From assembly GCF_037902255.1 (NCBI RefSeq), contig NZ_CP147990.1:1080001-1112000 (forward strand): a stretch of 32,000 nt of DNA. The letters run 5' to 3'. The stretch is from Candidatus Electrothrix sp. GW3-4 (GTDB lineage: Bacteria; Desulfobacterota; Desulfobulbia; Desulfobulbales; Desulfobulbaceae). The translations under genes were made by a program, and so were the position numbers. The notes under the pieces were generated by a model that was given only the letters and a program-made list of their open reading frames with translations, was not told the DNA's origin and ran no database searches. Numbering within the stretch: the stretch's first letter is position 1; each line of letters starts with the position of its first letter. Below, in pieces: positions 1 through 9,589 of the stretch.

Positions 1-15
1 TGTTCTGGCGCAAGT

Positions 16-1620
16 TTGGCAAGAGAAAAAGAGGTTACAGCAACTCAACTTATAGTCTTATCAGCGCTTTTTTTTGTTCTTTTTGATAATGTTACATTCT
101 TTCATCACCTCTTAGAGGTTTACCCGTTTTCAGATAAGAACGTTTTTTTTCTCACCTCCTTGGTTGCGGGGACTACGCTTGTTATCGCTCTTTTTCTTAC
201 CCTTGCAACCACCATATGTCCGATTAAACCTGTGCTCATTCTGTTTCTGCTGGGGTCGTCTGTTGCAGCCTATTGTATGGATACATACGACGTGGTTATC
301 GACTACATTATGATTCAGAATATTATAGAGACAAACTGGGATGAGACCTCTGATGTGCTCAATCTGAGGATGGCAGGGTATGTAGTTGTGCTCGGGCTGA
401 TGCCAAGCTATGCGGTGTACAGGGCCGCTCTGCACAAGGAATCCTTCCGGCGGACCGTTCTCCGTAAAATGAGAGACAGCCTTTTTCTCCTTATAGGGAT
501 GGTTGCCATCGTACTTACTTTTAGTAAATTCTATACTTCTTTTTTTCGTGAACATGAACCCTTGCGATGGTATAGTAATCCGATCTATAGCGTGTATTCC
601 TTTTCCAAGTATATCAGGAAAAATTTTAGCCTACATGACGTCGAGATAGCCCCCCTCGGTCTGGACGCAACTGTGGCGGAACACGAGGAACAAGCTGAAA
701 AGAAACTTGTTATTCTCGTTGTTGGCGAGGCTGCACGGGCTGATCATTTTTCCCTGGACGGCTATCGGAGAGAGACGAACCCGCTTTTGCAGAAGGAAGA
801 TATTGTCAATCTGAGCAACGTCTTTTCCTGCGGCACTTCAACAGCCTATTCCGTTCCCTGTATGTTTTCTGTTTTTTCGAGATCAGAATTCAATTCCACT
901 AAGGGAAAGACAACAGAAAATTTGTTGGATGTCTTAGATCATACCGGCATGATAGATATTTTATGGAGAGATAACAATTCTGATTCCAAAGGAGTGGCCC
1001 TGCGAGTTCCTTATGAAGATTATAGAGGCGCGGAGAAAAATACCCTCTGCGAAGAGGGGGAATGCAGAGATGAGGGGATGCTGATCGGGCTTGATCAGTA
1101 TATCACGCAGCATGAGGGTAGAGATATTCTCATTATTTTGCATCAGATGGGGAACCACGGCCCAGCCTACTATAAGAGATATCCGAGACAATTTGCTCAG
1201 TTCTCACCTGCCTGCCAAACACATCAGTTGGAGGATTGTCGTCAGGAAGAAATAATCAATGCCTATGATAATGCGCTGCTCTATACAGACTATTTTCTGG
1301 TAAAGGTCATTGAGTTTCTGAAAGAATACGAGAGCAGCCGTGATACAGCGATGTTCTACTTCAGTGATCATGGCGAGAGCTTGGGGGAAAAGGGTGTCTA
1401 TCTTCACGGGCTGCCGTATATGATTGCTCCTGAAGCACAAATACATATTGGAGCTCTGCTGTGGCTTGGGGAGCAGACCAGAAAAGACATCAATCTTGAT
1501 TTGCTTCAGCGGAAAAAAGACAAGGAGTTAAGTCATGATAATCTGTTTCATACCTTGCTTGGACTCTTTGAGGTGAGAACGGTGCTCTATAAGAAAGGTC
1601 TTGATATATTAAGTTATTAG
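16..1620 (+). CDS. eptA: Lipid A phosphoethanolamine transferase (EptA/PmrC family, sulfatase fold)
   Basis: 534-aa ORF with N-terminal TM helices followed by a sulfatase domain. Family-typical motifs are VGEAARADHFSLDGYRRETNP, CGTSTAYSVPCMFS and HQMGNHGPAYYKRYP. The frame is open to base 1, so the true start may lie upstream of the window. Confidence 0.85.
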   Translation: MAREKEVTATQLIVLSALFFVLFDNVTFFHHLLEVYPFSDKNVFFLTSLVAGTTLVIALFLTLATTICPIKPVLILFLLGSSVAAYCMDTYDVVIDYIMIQNIIETNWDETSDVLNLRMAGYVVVLGLMPSYAVYRAALHKESFRRTVLRKMRDSLFLLIGMVAIVLTFSKFYTSFFREHEPLRWYSNPIYSVYSFSKYIRKNFSLHDVEIAPLGLDATVAEHEEQAEKKLVILVVGEAARADHFSLDGYRRETNPLLQKEDIVNLSNVFSCGTSTAYSVPCMFSVFSRSEFNSTKGKTTENLLDVLDHTGMIDILWRDNNSDSKGVALRVPYEDYRGAEKNTLCEEGECRDEGMLIGLDQYITQHEGRDILIILHQMGNHGPAYYKRYPRQFAQFSPACQTHQLEDCRQEEIINAYDNALLYTDYFLVKVIEFLKEYESSRDTAMFYFSDHGESLGEKGVYLHGLPYMIAPEAQIHIGALLWLGEQTRKDINLDLLQRKKDKELSHDNLFHTLLGLFEVRTVLYKKGLDILSY

Positions 1621-1950
1621 AATGTTGTTTTCCGTCATGCTTTTTTCCCGCTGCTGCTCTTGACCTTAGCTGTTCTCTTGGAATACAGCGGCGTAGATCT
1701 CTGGTGGGCTACCCATTTTTACGATGCACAGAATCAGGTATGACCATACAGGGGGCATTGGTTGTTTGATACAATCATTCACTCTGGAGGACAACGGCTC
1801 AATTGGTCTTTTGCAGCGCTCTGGGTTCTGTTCTTTCTTGTGATCAACCTGAAAAAACAGTTCCTGCCGTATCGCAAGATTCTGCTCTTCTTTTTGGTCG
1901 CCACCGCAGCATTGGCCTGTTATTTCCTCTTTTATCCAGAGGAATGGTAG
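1621..1950 (+). pseudogene. Remnant of a PAP2-family membrane phosphatase (N-terminal part only, in-frame TGA, no proper start)
   Basis: Frame 1 reads ...LLLLTLAVLLEYSGVDLWWATHFYDAQNQV-TGA(1741)-PYRGHWLFDTIIHSGGQRLNW..., which resembles PAP2 N-termini. The TGA sits where a Trp (TGG) would fit. No start codon follows the eptA stop, and the ORF ends at 1950 before any PAP2 catalytic motifs. Confidence 0.5.
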
Positions 1951-2377
1951 GCCTTGAAAAAGGACAATATTGTTCCGGTAAGAGGCTGAAAGATAAGGGG
2001 GAGATGACTGACTGTTCACGTCTATTGATTTGCAAGGAAAGAACGGTATGTCTTTTGGTCTTGCCCTGTTGGGGGCAGGCTCAGGAAGGGGAAAACTCCT
2101 GAAAAAAGATCTTGAATTCCTCCCCTGTTCGGTTAGGATAGCAGAGGCGAAAGACCGTCTTGAGATTCTGGAGCGGAGCACTCTGAACCAGGATCTGTTC
2201 GACAGAGCTTCCCCCATCTGATAATGAGCATTTCGCTTATTCTATTTTGTTATTCCAGTAGCATTCTTCTGAACTCTTGTCTCCAGGCAGGTCGGACCTC
2301 TTGAGGTCTTGGGCGAGGAGACAGCGAATCAGAGCAGTGAAGGGTGCTGATAACGTTTTTAAAAAAGGAGCTTGGCT

Positions 2378-2899
2378 ATGAAACGAACGAGTGTGCTGTT
2401 TTTTTCTTCTGTTTTTTTCTTCATTACTGTTTTTACTGCTGTTTCGGTTTCTGCCGCTCCCGGTGTCGGCGTGGTTAATTTGCAGAAGGTTCTGGATAAG
2501 TCCAGTGCTGGAGTAGCGGCAAAGAAAAAGATGGAGGCAAAGATGAAGGAGTTCAAGGCCTCTCTTGATAAAGAAAAAGAGGCTGTCTTGGCTCTGCAAA
2601 AGGACATGCAGAAAAAGGCAGATGCCTGGAACGAAGAAACTAAGAAAGAAAAAGCCCTTGAGCTGCAACGGAAAAAACGTGATTTCCGCGTGAAGCAGGA
2701 TGATGCCAATCTGGAAATGAGAACCCTGCAGGAAAAGCATCTTGCCCCGATTATGAAAGAGCTGGAAACCATTGTTGAAGAAGTTGCGAAGAAAAAAGGA
2801 GTTGCAGTTATTATGCCGAATACCGCTGTGCTTTATTTTGATAAGACCGTGGATATGACCGATGAGGTCACTGCGGCCTTGAATAAAAAAATGAAATAA
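2378..2899 (+). CDS. skp: OmpH/Skp-family periplasmic chaperone
   Basis: It has a signal peptide (MKRTSVLFFSSVFFFITVFTAVSVSAA) and a Lys/Glu-rich coiled-coil body typical of OmpH. AGGAG lies 9 nt upstream of the ATG at 2378; the ORF track starts 6 nt earlier at a TTG. Confidence 0.8.
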   Translation: MKRTSVLFFSSVFFFITVFTAVSVSAAPGVGVVNLQKVLDKSSAGVAAKKKMEAKMKEFKASLDKEKEAVLALQKDMQKKADAWNEETKKEKALELQRKKRDFRVKQDDANLEMRTLQEKHLAPIMKELETIVEEVAKKKGVAVIMPNTAVLYFDKTVDMTDEVTAALNKKMK

Positions 2900-2976
2900 G
2901 CGTTCGTTTGTTTCGTTTTGCTTGCATTGCTTAGGGTATCCGGTGAGAACAAAGGATCGTAGGGGTCGTATCTCTG

Positions 2977-3858
2977 ATGACACCACATGAGTTTTTAAAA
3001 TATACCCCGGCCACAAACTGTGGCGAGTGCGGCTATGCAGCCTGTCTTGCCTTTGCTGTTGCCGTGACCAAGGGGGGCGTTGCATCGGATCTTTGCCCCT
3101 ATGTACGTAAAGATATGCTGCCAGCCGAGTTCGGTGCGGCAAAGGGTGATTCTGGTTTGGATCAGGTGGAACGCGGTCAGAATGAGCGGGATATGGCCTT
3201 GGTTGCCCATTTGAAATCCAAGGTCCAGGCGCTTGATTTTCATGAACTCAGCCGTTGTCTTGGAACAGATTGGTCACCAGACAACCCGGAGCAGCTCACG
3301 TTCCGCTATCTTGGCCAGCTGGTTCGGTTAGGTCGTGATGAGGTCGTGATGGATGGGCAGCAGCTGGTTGACCCCAGGGATCAGATCCTGCTCTATAATT
3401 ATGTTGCCTTTAGCGGCCATGCTGGCGGTAATACAGCTGGCAAGGCAGATAATGGTGGAGAGAACGGGTCGCTGGCCAGTATCTGGCTGGGTATGGAAAG
3501 TCTCCCCAACTCCATTGCCAAGATCCGTACCTTAGCAACCTATTGCGAGAACAGATTGGCTGAGCGATTCGCTGGCCGTATGGAAAAACTTGCCCCGCTT
3601 TGCGAGCAGATCGGGGGAAAAAGAGGCTGTGATGAACAGGGCCAGAGCGCGGATTTTGCCGTTCTTCTTCCTGTACTGCCCTATGTTCCTCTCTATCTCT
3701 TGTTTTGGGACCAGGATGTGGAAGATGGCTTTGAGTCCAGAGTAAAGGTTTTGTTTGATCAGTATGTTATGGAATTTCTTGATCTGGAATCCTTGGTCTT
3801 TGCTGCCGAACGGATGGCGGATCGTCTCTTGGAACTGGACAGGGAGTGCAAGCGTTGA
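2977..3858 (+). CDS. Fe-S cluster domain (RnfB/CdhD-type N-terminal CxxCxxxxC...C) plus DUF3786-like protein
   Basis: The N-terminus PATNCGECGYAACLAFAVAVTKGG...CPY matches the putative Fe-S cluster domain seen in RnfB and corrinoid Fe-S proteins. From memory, the C-terminal region (VLPYVPLYLLFWDQDVEDGFESRVKVLFD) resembles DUF3786. Confidence 0.6.
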   Translation: MTPHEFLKYTPATNCGECGYAACLAFAVAVTKGGVASDLCPYVRKDMLPAEFGAAKGDSGLDQVERGQNERDMALVAHLKSKVQALDFHELSRCLGTDWSPDNPEQLTFRYLGQLVRLGRDEVVMDGQQLVDPRDQILLYNYVAFSGHAGGNTAGKADNGGENGSLASIWLGMESLPNSIAKIRTLATYCENRLAERFAGRMEKLAPLCEQIGGKRGCDEQGQSADFAVLLPVLPYVPLYLLFWDQDVEDGFESRVKVLFDQYVMEFLDLESLVFAAERMADRLLELDRECKR

Positions 3859-3875
3859 CGGGGGAGGGAGACAAG

Positions 3876-4853
3876 TTGCAGGCCCAGGTCAGGCGTTTCG
3901 CCGATACACGCATCCTGGTGATCGGTGACGTGATTCTGGATCAGTTTATCTGGGGGACGGTTTCCCGAATTTCCCCGGAGGCCCCGGTACCGGTGGTCAA
4001 TGTGACCCGAGAGGAGTTATTACTCGGTGGCAGTGCCAATGTCCTGCGCAATATTATCTCCCTTGGCGGCTCCTGTGCCCTGTGCGGTATTATTGGCGAT
4101 GACCCTATGGGGGATGAGCTGATACGACTAATGAACCAGGTGCATGCCCCGGTGGATGGCTTGATTAAGGGAGAGCGCCCCACGACCATAAAAACCCGGG
4201 TAGTGGCTCAGGGGCAACAGGTTGTCCGCTATGATCGGGAAAAGGCCGGGGCTCCAGGACAGAAAACCTTGGAGAGGATGCTGCAATACTTGAGCGATCA
4301 TCTGGCGGAGTTTGATGCTGTTGTTGTCTCTGATTATGCCAAAGGGGTCGTGAATGAGCAGCTGATGACCCGATTGCATCAGTTGCTGAAGGGCTTGCGT
4401 TGTTCCGGCGGACGGGCGATTCCCTTGATTGTGGACCCGAAGCCAGAGAATCTGCACCGTTTTTACGGGGCCACTGTTATTACCCCGAATAATTTTGAGG
4501 CCTCTCGGATCAGCGGCATTGAGATTAAGGATGAAGATACCTTGCTTGCTGCGGCGCGAAAAATTCGGGAAGAGATTGCCTGCGAGGCCGTCCTGATCAC
4601 CCGGGGGGAGGCGGGGATGGCCTTGCTGGAGGGGGATAACCTGCGGCTTGTCACCATCCCGACCATGGCCCAGGAGGTCTATGATGTGACCGGGGCCGGA
4701 GATACGGTGGCCGCTACCTTGGCCCTTGGTCTGGCCGCAGGTTGCTCAATGACAGATGCGGCTGTGCTGGCTAATCATGCCGCTGGTATCGTCGTGGGTA
4801 AGGTCGGTACGGCCTCCGTAAGCTGCGACGAACTGCTCAACGCACTTGCTTGA
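3876..4853 (+). CDS. hldA: D-glycero-beta-D-manno-heptose-7-phosphate kinase (RfaE domain I, PfkB family)
   Basis: Motifs include ILVIGDVILDQFIWG..RISPEAPVPVV, GGSANV and a C-terminal DVTGAGDT PfkB signature. The TTG at 3876 is preceded by GGGAGGGAG; the alternative GTG at 3846 overlaps the previous gene. Confidence 0.8.
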   Translation: MQAQVRRFADTRILVIGDVILDQFIWGTVSRISPEAPVPVVNVTREELLLGGSANVLRNIISLGGSCALCGIIGDDPMGDELIRLMNQVHAPVDGLIKGERPTTIKTRVVAQGQQVVRYDREKAGAPGQKTLERMLQYLSDHLAEFDAVVVSDYAKGVVNEQLMTRLHQLLKGLRCSGGRAIPLIVDPKPENLHRFYGATVITPNNFEASRISGIEIKDEDTLLAAARKIREEIACEAVLITRGEAGMALLEGDNLRLVTIPTMAQEVYDVTGAGDTVAATLALGLAAGCSMTDAAVLANHAAGIVVGKVGTASVSCDELLNALA

Positions 4854-4983
4854 TTCCTTCTTTGTTTCAATTGGATAAAGATGGCAGAAGGCAGCTGTTT
4901 GGCTGAATAATTTTGTTATTTTGGTTGGCCTTGATGGAGTAATTGATGGCAATAAACCGGGATACAGCATAGCAAAGGGAGGT

Positions 4984-7473
4984 ATGCGCGTTATGAGATT
5001 AACAAGATTTACTTCGATTACGACAAGGTTACTGGCTGTTTTTGCTCTTATTGCGCTGAGTTTGGAGGATATTGCTGCCCAGACTGCGTTCGGGGAACTT
5101 GAGGGGCGAGCGGCCCCGGTGGCGCGGCGAAAATGCCAGGGCGGAGTCAATGCCGGTGATTTATGTAATGAAAATGCGGATTGTCCCGGTTCCACCTGCT
5201 TTGACCGCAATGTTTTTAACCTTTCGGTCGCAGTTCAATTTACTGCTTCAACGGCGCAGCTTTCAGTGTTGGAAAGTGCCCTGGAAGACATGTCTGATGT
5301 GTTGATGGATGTCACCGACGGTCAGGCGGAAATTGGTCAGGTCACCATTCACAACAACGCCTTTTCCACGGCTGCGGATATCCGGATCTATGCACCCAGT
5401 ACTGGTGTGTGGTGGTGGGCCAATACCGGGGGCTGGAAAAATGGTGGTAGTATTCATGTTTCTTATAATTATGTTGAGTCATCGGGTCACCCAGGAAACG
5501 TATTAGTGCATGAATTCACCCATCTAGTGTTTGACGCCAGGGATGAATATCAATCGGCCACAGTGGGCTGCACAGAGTCATTAGCGTCAGGAACTGCCGA
5601 CTGTCCCCATGCGGATGCGCAAGCTGCGGGGGAAGCCCCTTGCATCATGGATGCCAGTAGTAATTCCGAGTACTGCTGGGGGCATGCTGCTAGCTCCACA
5701 GATATCAGTACTGGAAACCATGACTGGCCCTTGGAAACCGAGCAATCGCGTTGTCGCAGTAACCGTTCGGTGTGGGATCAGGTTGTCTGGTCCTGGCCAA
5801 ATACGATTCTAGAACCTACTGGCGCCCCGGATCCGGGAGCAAATGGTGCGGCCTTGAATACGCCTAAGTTTATCCATGTGGATGATGCCCGTCGAGTGGT
5901 TCTGGTGCTGGATGAGTCGGGCAGTATGGGGTCGGAGATTCCAACCCGTCTTGAACGTCTCCAGGTTGCGGCCCGTGATTTTGTGGCCTTGGCTGAGGAC
6001 GGTACAGAACTCGGCATTGTCTCTTATTCCACTGACGGGGATCCGGCGAGCGGACATGCTGCGGTTACGGTCACAGCCCTTGACAGCACCCACCGCAGCA
6101 CATGTGATAGTGCCATCACCGGGCTTAGCCCATCCGGGGCCACCAATATCGGTGATGCCTTGGAGCGAGCGCACACCATGCTCCTGGATGCTGGTACTCC
6201 ATTACCGGCCAACACCTATATTGTCCTGATGACCGATGGGATCAATAATCAACCGTTGCCTGACCCGGCCAGTGATTTGAATGGTCAACTGGCCGCCCTT
6301 TTGGCGGACGGCATTCCAGTTTTTGTTACCTGTACTGGCTCCGATTGGAACCTTGGTTCCCAATGTGCCAATATCGCCTCGGCAACCAACGGGTTTACTG
6401 TGGACTCCGCTGATTCAGCGGATCTTCAGGATTCCTTTGTTTATTTGCATGAAAAAACCCGAGGTGCCGACCCCGTGGAGACCAAGACAGGAACTCTTGC
6501 TTCCCAAGCCACGGCGACGTTTTATGTGGAACAAAATGCGGTCAGTGTAACCTTTACCCTTACCTGGAAGAATGCAGCAAGTACGGTGGGAAAGGCTGTT
6601 GTCAAAGGGCCGGACGGAACAGAATATGTGATGGCGGATATGCCCCAGGGGAAGTTCCTCCGTTTGAAAGACCCCAAGTCCGGTAGCTGGCAGATGATTA
6701 TGCAGGAAGTGGGGAGTGAGGGGGATATGTATACAGCCAGGGCCTACGTGCAGAGCCAAACCGCATTTTTTGGCGGTGCCGCCAATAAATCGGTTGTCAA
6801 ACAGGGCGAGGCAATAAAACTGTTTGCCTATCCTCAATATGTTGGTTCCATAATGAATCAACAGCGTGAATTTTCAGCACAGGTTCTTCGACCGGACGGA
6901 GAAACGGAAGAAGTTGTTTTTTCTGATAATGGGCGTACAGCTAAGACCGGTGATGATGTTGCAAAAGATGGTCAATACACAGCTCGTTATGCGAATACCA
7001 ATGAAGCTGGTGTGTACACATTTATTGCTCAGTTAAACTCTGATGGATGGGCTGTTGACACGGAAGGGGAAAGTACAGAAGGTGAGCCCAAGGTAGAAGG
7101 GCAAGGTTATTTTACCCGGGAACTTCGTATTACGGCAGCGGTAGACGAGGCCGGTGCGCTCTCCTGTACAGAGGATACTCAGGCTTCAGTAACTGATCAG
7201 CATTATCCGGGTCTCACATGCGCAGAGGCTATTCTCAAGGCCGAGGCAGATCTTGATAACGAAGCGTATCGAAGGGTATGTCAAAAAAACTACAACCTGT
7301 CGAAATTGCCTAGTGTTGTGAACGAGGCGTTGGTAACGATTTGTCGTCCTGATACAGATCCTGAGAAGTCAGGAGTCTATGTGGATCTGGATATTTGCTG
7401 CCCGGTTTCGGATACAATGACTATTGCTCCTGTTAATTTTCTGTTGTTGAAAGATAAGCAGTTGAAACAGTAG
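4984..7473 (+). CDS. Secreted CLCA-like zinc metalloprotease plus von Willebrand factor A domain protein
   Basis: AAGGGAGG lies before the ATG at 4984, followed by signal peptide MRVMRLTRFTSITTRLLAVFALIALSL. HEFTHLVFDARDEY has the same spacing as the CLCA N-terminal HExxH...DEY motif. A vWA MIDAS motif (VLVLDESGSMG) lies about 130 aa downstream, and both the N-terminus and the tail are Cys-rich. Confidence 0.7.
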   Translation: MRVMRLTRFTSITTRLLAVFALIALSLEDIAAQTAFGELEGRAAPVARRKCQGGVNAGDLCNENADCPGSTCFDRNVFNLSVAVQFTASTAQLSVLESALEDMSDVLMDVTDGQAEIGQVTIHNNAFSTAADIRIYAPSTGVWWWANTGGWKNGGSIHVSYNYVESSGHPGNVLVHEFTHLVFDARDEYQSATVGCTESLASGTADCPHADAQAAGEAPCIMDASSNSEYCWGHAASSTDISTGNHDWPLETEQSRCRSNRSVWDQVVWSWPNTILEPTGAPDPGANGAALNTPKFIHVDDARRVVLVLDESGSMGSEIPTRLERLQVAARDFVALAEDGTELGIVSYSTDGDPASGHAAVTVTALDSTHRSTCDSAITGLSPSGATNIGDALERAHTMLLDAGTPLPANTYIVLMTDGINNQPLPDPASDLNGQLAALLADGIPVFVTCTGSDWNLGSQCANIASATNGFTVDSADSADLQDSFVYLHEKTRGADPVETKTGTLASQATATFYVEQNAVSVTFTLTWKNAASTVGKAVVKGPDGTEYVMADMPQGKFLRLKDPKSGSWQMIMQEVGSEGDMYTARAYVQSQTAFFGGAANKSVVKQGEAIKLFAYPQYVGSIMNQQREFSAQVLRPDGETEEVVFSDNGRTAKTGDDVAKDGQYTARYANTNEAGVYTFIAQLNSDGWAVDTEGESTEGEPKVEGQGYFTRELRITAAVDEAGALSCTEDTQASVTDQHYPGLTCAEAILKAEADLDNEAYRRVCQKNYNLSKLPSVVNEALVTICRPDTDPEKSGVYVDLDICCPVSDTMTIAPVNFLLLKDKQLKQ

Positions 7474-7481
7474 ATCACTGA

Positions 7482-7518
7482 CTCCTCCCCCGACTTTTAG
7501 TTAGGGGAGGAGTTTTTT
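7482..7518 (+). terminator. Rho-independent terminator after the CLCA-like gene
   Basis: A 9-bp stem pairs CTCCTCCCC (7482-7490) with GGGGAGGAG (7504-7512), followed by TTTTTT. Confidence 0.8.
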
Positions 7519-7686
7519 CGGTTTTCTGTTGTTCCCCGAGCCCTCTCCTTTTATGATGCAACTCTATGAGACATGAATTGCTGGTTTGCTCCTCCACTCC
7601 TCATTGCCGTATTACAGTATAATTTTGTTTTTTCGTTGCCTGCGAGGCAGAGAAAATCTACTATTCATTCTACAGAAAAAAGAGAT

Positions 7687-8568
7687 ATGCGTCCACGGAG
7701 TATGACTGGCTTTGGTCGCGGTGAATTCGGCAAGGCTGAACGAACTTGGATTGTAGAAATCCGGACTGTTAACCATCGCTTTCTCGATCAACGGGTGCTG
7801 CTTCCCTCTGCCTTTGCTGCCTTGGAGGAGCGAATCAAGAAGACCGTTGCCAGGCAACAGGATCGCGGCCGGGTTGATATCACTGTGACCCTGAGAGGGG
7901 AATCTGTCAGTGGTTCAGAGTTGTACCTTGATCTGGACTTGGCGCGCCAATACCATGCCTGCTTACAGAAGATGAATACCGAGTTGGACCTTGGGACCTG
8001 TATTCAGATTTCTGATCTGCTGACCTTACGCAATCTTATTACGGTCCAGGAGCAAAATCCGAACGTGGAGGAGGAGTGGCCCTTGATGCAGGAGGCCTTG
8101 CTAGCCGCCCTGACCGATTGCGCCTGCATGCGGGAGCAAGAGGGCAGCAGTCTGAAAGAAGAGCTCTTGCAGCGCCTGGAGAGTTTTGCTGCCCTTGTGC
8201 AAAAGATCGAAGACATGGTTCCGGAGGTCCTTGCTCAGCGTCAGCAGGAGCTGAAGGCCCGGATTAGCAAGCTGCTTGAAGGGGTAGATCTTGATCCCAT
8301 GCGTCTGGCCCAGGAAACAGCCATCATGGCGGACAAGGCCGATGTGACGGAAGAGGTGGTGAGATTGGCCAGCCATATTGACCAGTTTCGTGGCTTTATG
8401 GAAAGCGACGAGGCGGTTGGACGGCGCCTTGACTTTCTCTTGCAGGAGTTCCTGCGTGAGGTCAACACCCTGGCATCAAAGATCTCTCATTCCGCCATAG
8501 CCCATCTCGGGGTTGAGATGAAGAATGAGATTGAAAAACTGCGTGAACAGGTCCAGAATATAGAGTAG
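7687..8568 (+). CDS. yicC: YicC-family stress-induced protein
   Basis: The N-terminus MRPRSMTGFGRGE and RTVNHRFLD, plus the C-terminal LLQEFLREVNTLASK, are classic YicC motifs. The ATG at 7687 is chosen over the longer track ORF starting at 7573. Confidence 0.85.
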   Translation: MRPRSMTGFGRGEFGKAERTWIVEIRTVNHRFLDQRVLLPSAFAALEERIKKTVARQQDRGRVDITVTLRGESVSGSELYLDLDLARQYHACLQKMNTELDLGTCIQISDLLTLRNLITVQEQNPNVEEEWPLMQEALLAALTDCACMREQEGSSLKEELLQRLESFAALVQKIEDMVPEVLAQRQQELKARISKLLEGVDLDPMRLAQETAIMADKADVTEEVVRLASHIDQFRGFMESDEAVGRRLDFLLQEFLREVNTLASKISHSAIAHLGVEMKNEIEKLREQVQNIE

Positions 8569-8636
8569 CATGCAGCACGTTTTTTTAGTGATTGCTGGAA
8601 ACAGTTTTTTATGAACATCGAATTATATGGACAATA

Positions 8637-8948
8637 ATGGACAATAGGCTTGTTAATATAGGGTTCGGTAATTCTATAAAAATCAGCAGGATCCTGGCTG
8701 TGGTCAATCCTGGATCATCACCGATCAGGAAACTCAAGGACGAGGCCAGGCAGGAGCATCGACTCATTGATGTCACTGAAGGCCGGCGTACCCGCGGGAT
8801 CGTTATCCTGGATAGTGGCCATTTGGTGCTCTCATCGGTGCAACCCGAGACCATTAACCAACGGCTGGCAGCCCTGGATAAGGAGCAAAGCGGCCTCGGG
8901 CTCCTGCAAAAACATGCGGGAGCGGGAGAAGGAGAGAATAATGGCTGA
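8637..8948 (+). CDS. remA: RemA/DUF370-family regulator
   Basis: MDNRLVNIGFGNSIKISRILAVVNPGSSPIRKLKDEARQEHRLIDVTEGRRTRGIVILDSGHLVLSSVQPETI matches the RemA/YlzA family. Its stop overlaps the gmk start (ATGGCTGA). Confidence 0.8.
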   Translation: MDNRLVNIGFGNSIKISRILAVVNPGSSPIRKLKDEARQEHRLIDVTEGRRTRGIVILDSGHLVLSSVQPETINQRLAALDKEQSGLGLLQKHAGAGEGENNG

Positions 8949-9546
8949 GGGTATTTTATTAGTTATCTCAGCTCCTTCTGGCTGTGGCAAGACCACGATC
9001 CTGAAAAAGGTCATGGCAGCAAACTCTGGGCTGGCGTTTTCTGTCTCACATACGACTCGGCAACCACGGCAGGGAGAGGCGGACGGCACAGATTATCATT
9101 TTGTTACCAAAGAACAGTTTATCGCCCTTCGTGATCAGCAGCCTTCCGGTTTCCTGGAATGGGCAGAGGTGCATGGGAATTTTTATGGCACCTCACGTCA
9201 GGAAGTAGAGGCCTTATTGGCCGCAGGCAAGGATGTTGTGTTGGATATAGATATTCAGGGGGCAGATCAGGTCAGAACCAATGCTGATCCGGTTACTGTT
9301 TTTATCAGCCCGCCGACCCTGGCCGAGCTGGAGCGACGCTTACGGGGGCGTGGAACTGAGAGTTCGGAAGATCTGGCTGTTCGCCTTGCCAACGCGAAAA
9401 AGGAGATGGCCGCAGCAGAGAAGTATCAATATCTGCTTGTCAATGATGAGCTTGATCAGGCGGTTCGTGATTTACAGGCCATTCTGACCACAGAACGCCG
9501 CCGCCGCAATCCCGTGCAGGTGAACAGGACGGTTCCCCGCCTCTGA
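8941..9546 (+). CDS. gmk: Guanylate kinase
   Basis: It carries the P-loop ISAPSGCGKTT and the motif SVSHTTRQPRQGEADGTDYHF. It sits in the conserved yicC-remA-gmk order. Confidence 0.9.
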   Translation: MAEGILLVISAPSGCGKTTILKKVMAANSGLAFSVSHTTRQPRQGEADGTDYHFVTKEQFIALRDQQPSGFLEWAEVHGNFYGTSRQEVEALLAAGKDVVLDIDIQGADQVRTNADPVTVFISPPTLAELERRLRGRGTESSEDLAVRLANAKKEMAAAEKYQYLLVNDELDQAVRDLQAILTTERRRRNPVQVNRTVPRL

Positions 9547-9589
9547 TCCTTTTGCAGGTTTTTTATCCACCTTTGCCCGATAAACAGCT

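Noticed and set aside
1741-1743. In-frame TGA in the PAP2-like frame as a possible selenocysteine or recoding site.
   Set aside because: The context fits a Trp codon mutated to a stop. No downstream SECIS-like hairpin is evident. The gene also lacks a start and its catalytic half, so decay is the simpler explanation.
2237-3142. 301-aa minus-strand ORF, and similar long antisense ORFs at 13614..14324 (+), 19313..20161 (+), 30340..30915 (-), 1666..2217 (-) and 10878..11231 (+).
   Set aside because: Each is a shadow ORF opposite a confidently identified gene (skp/DUF3786, SulP, modC, the dehydrogenase, the glsB-like gene) or lies in decayed DNA. Their compositions are atypical and no motifs were seen.
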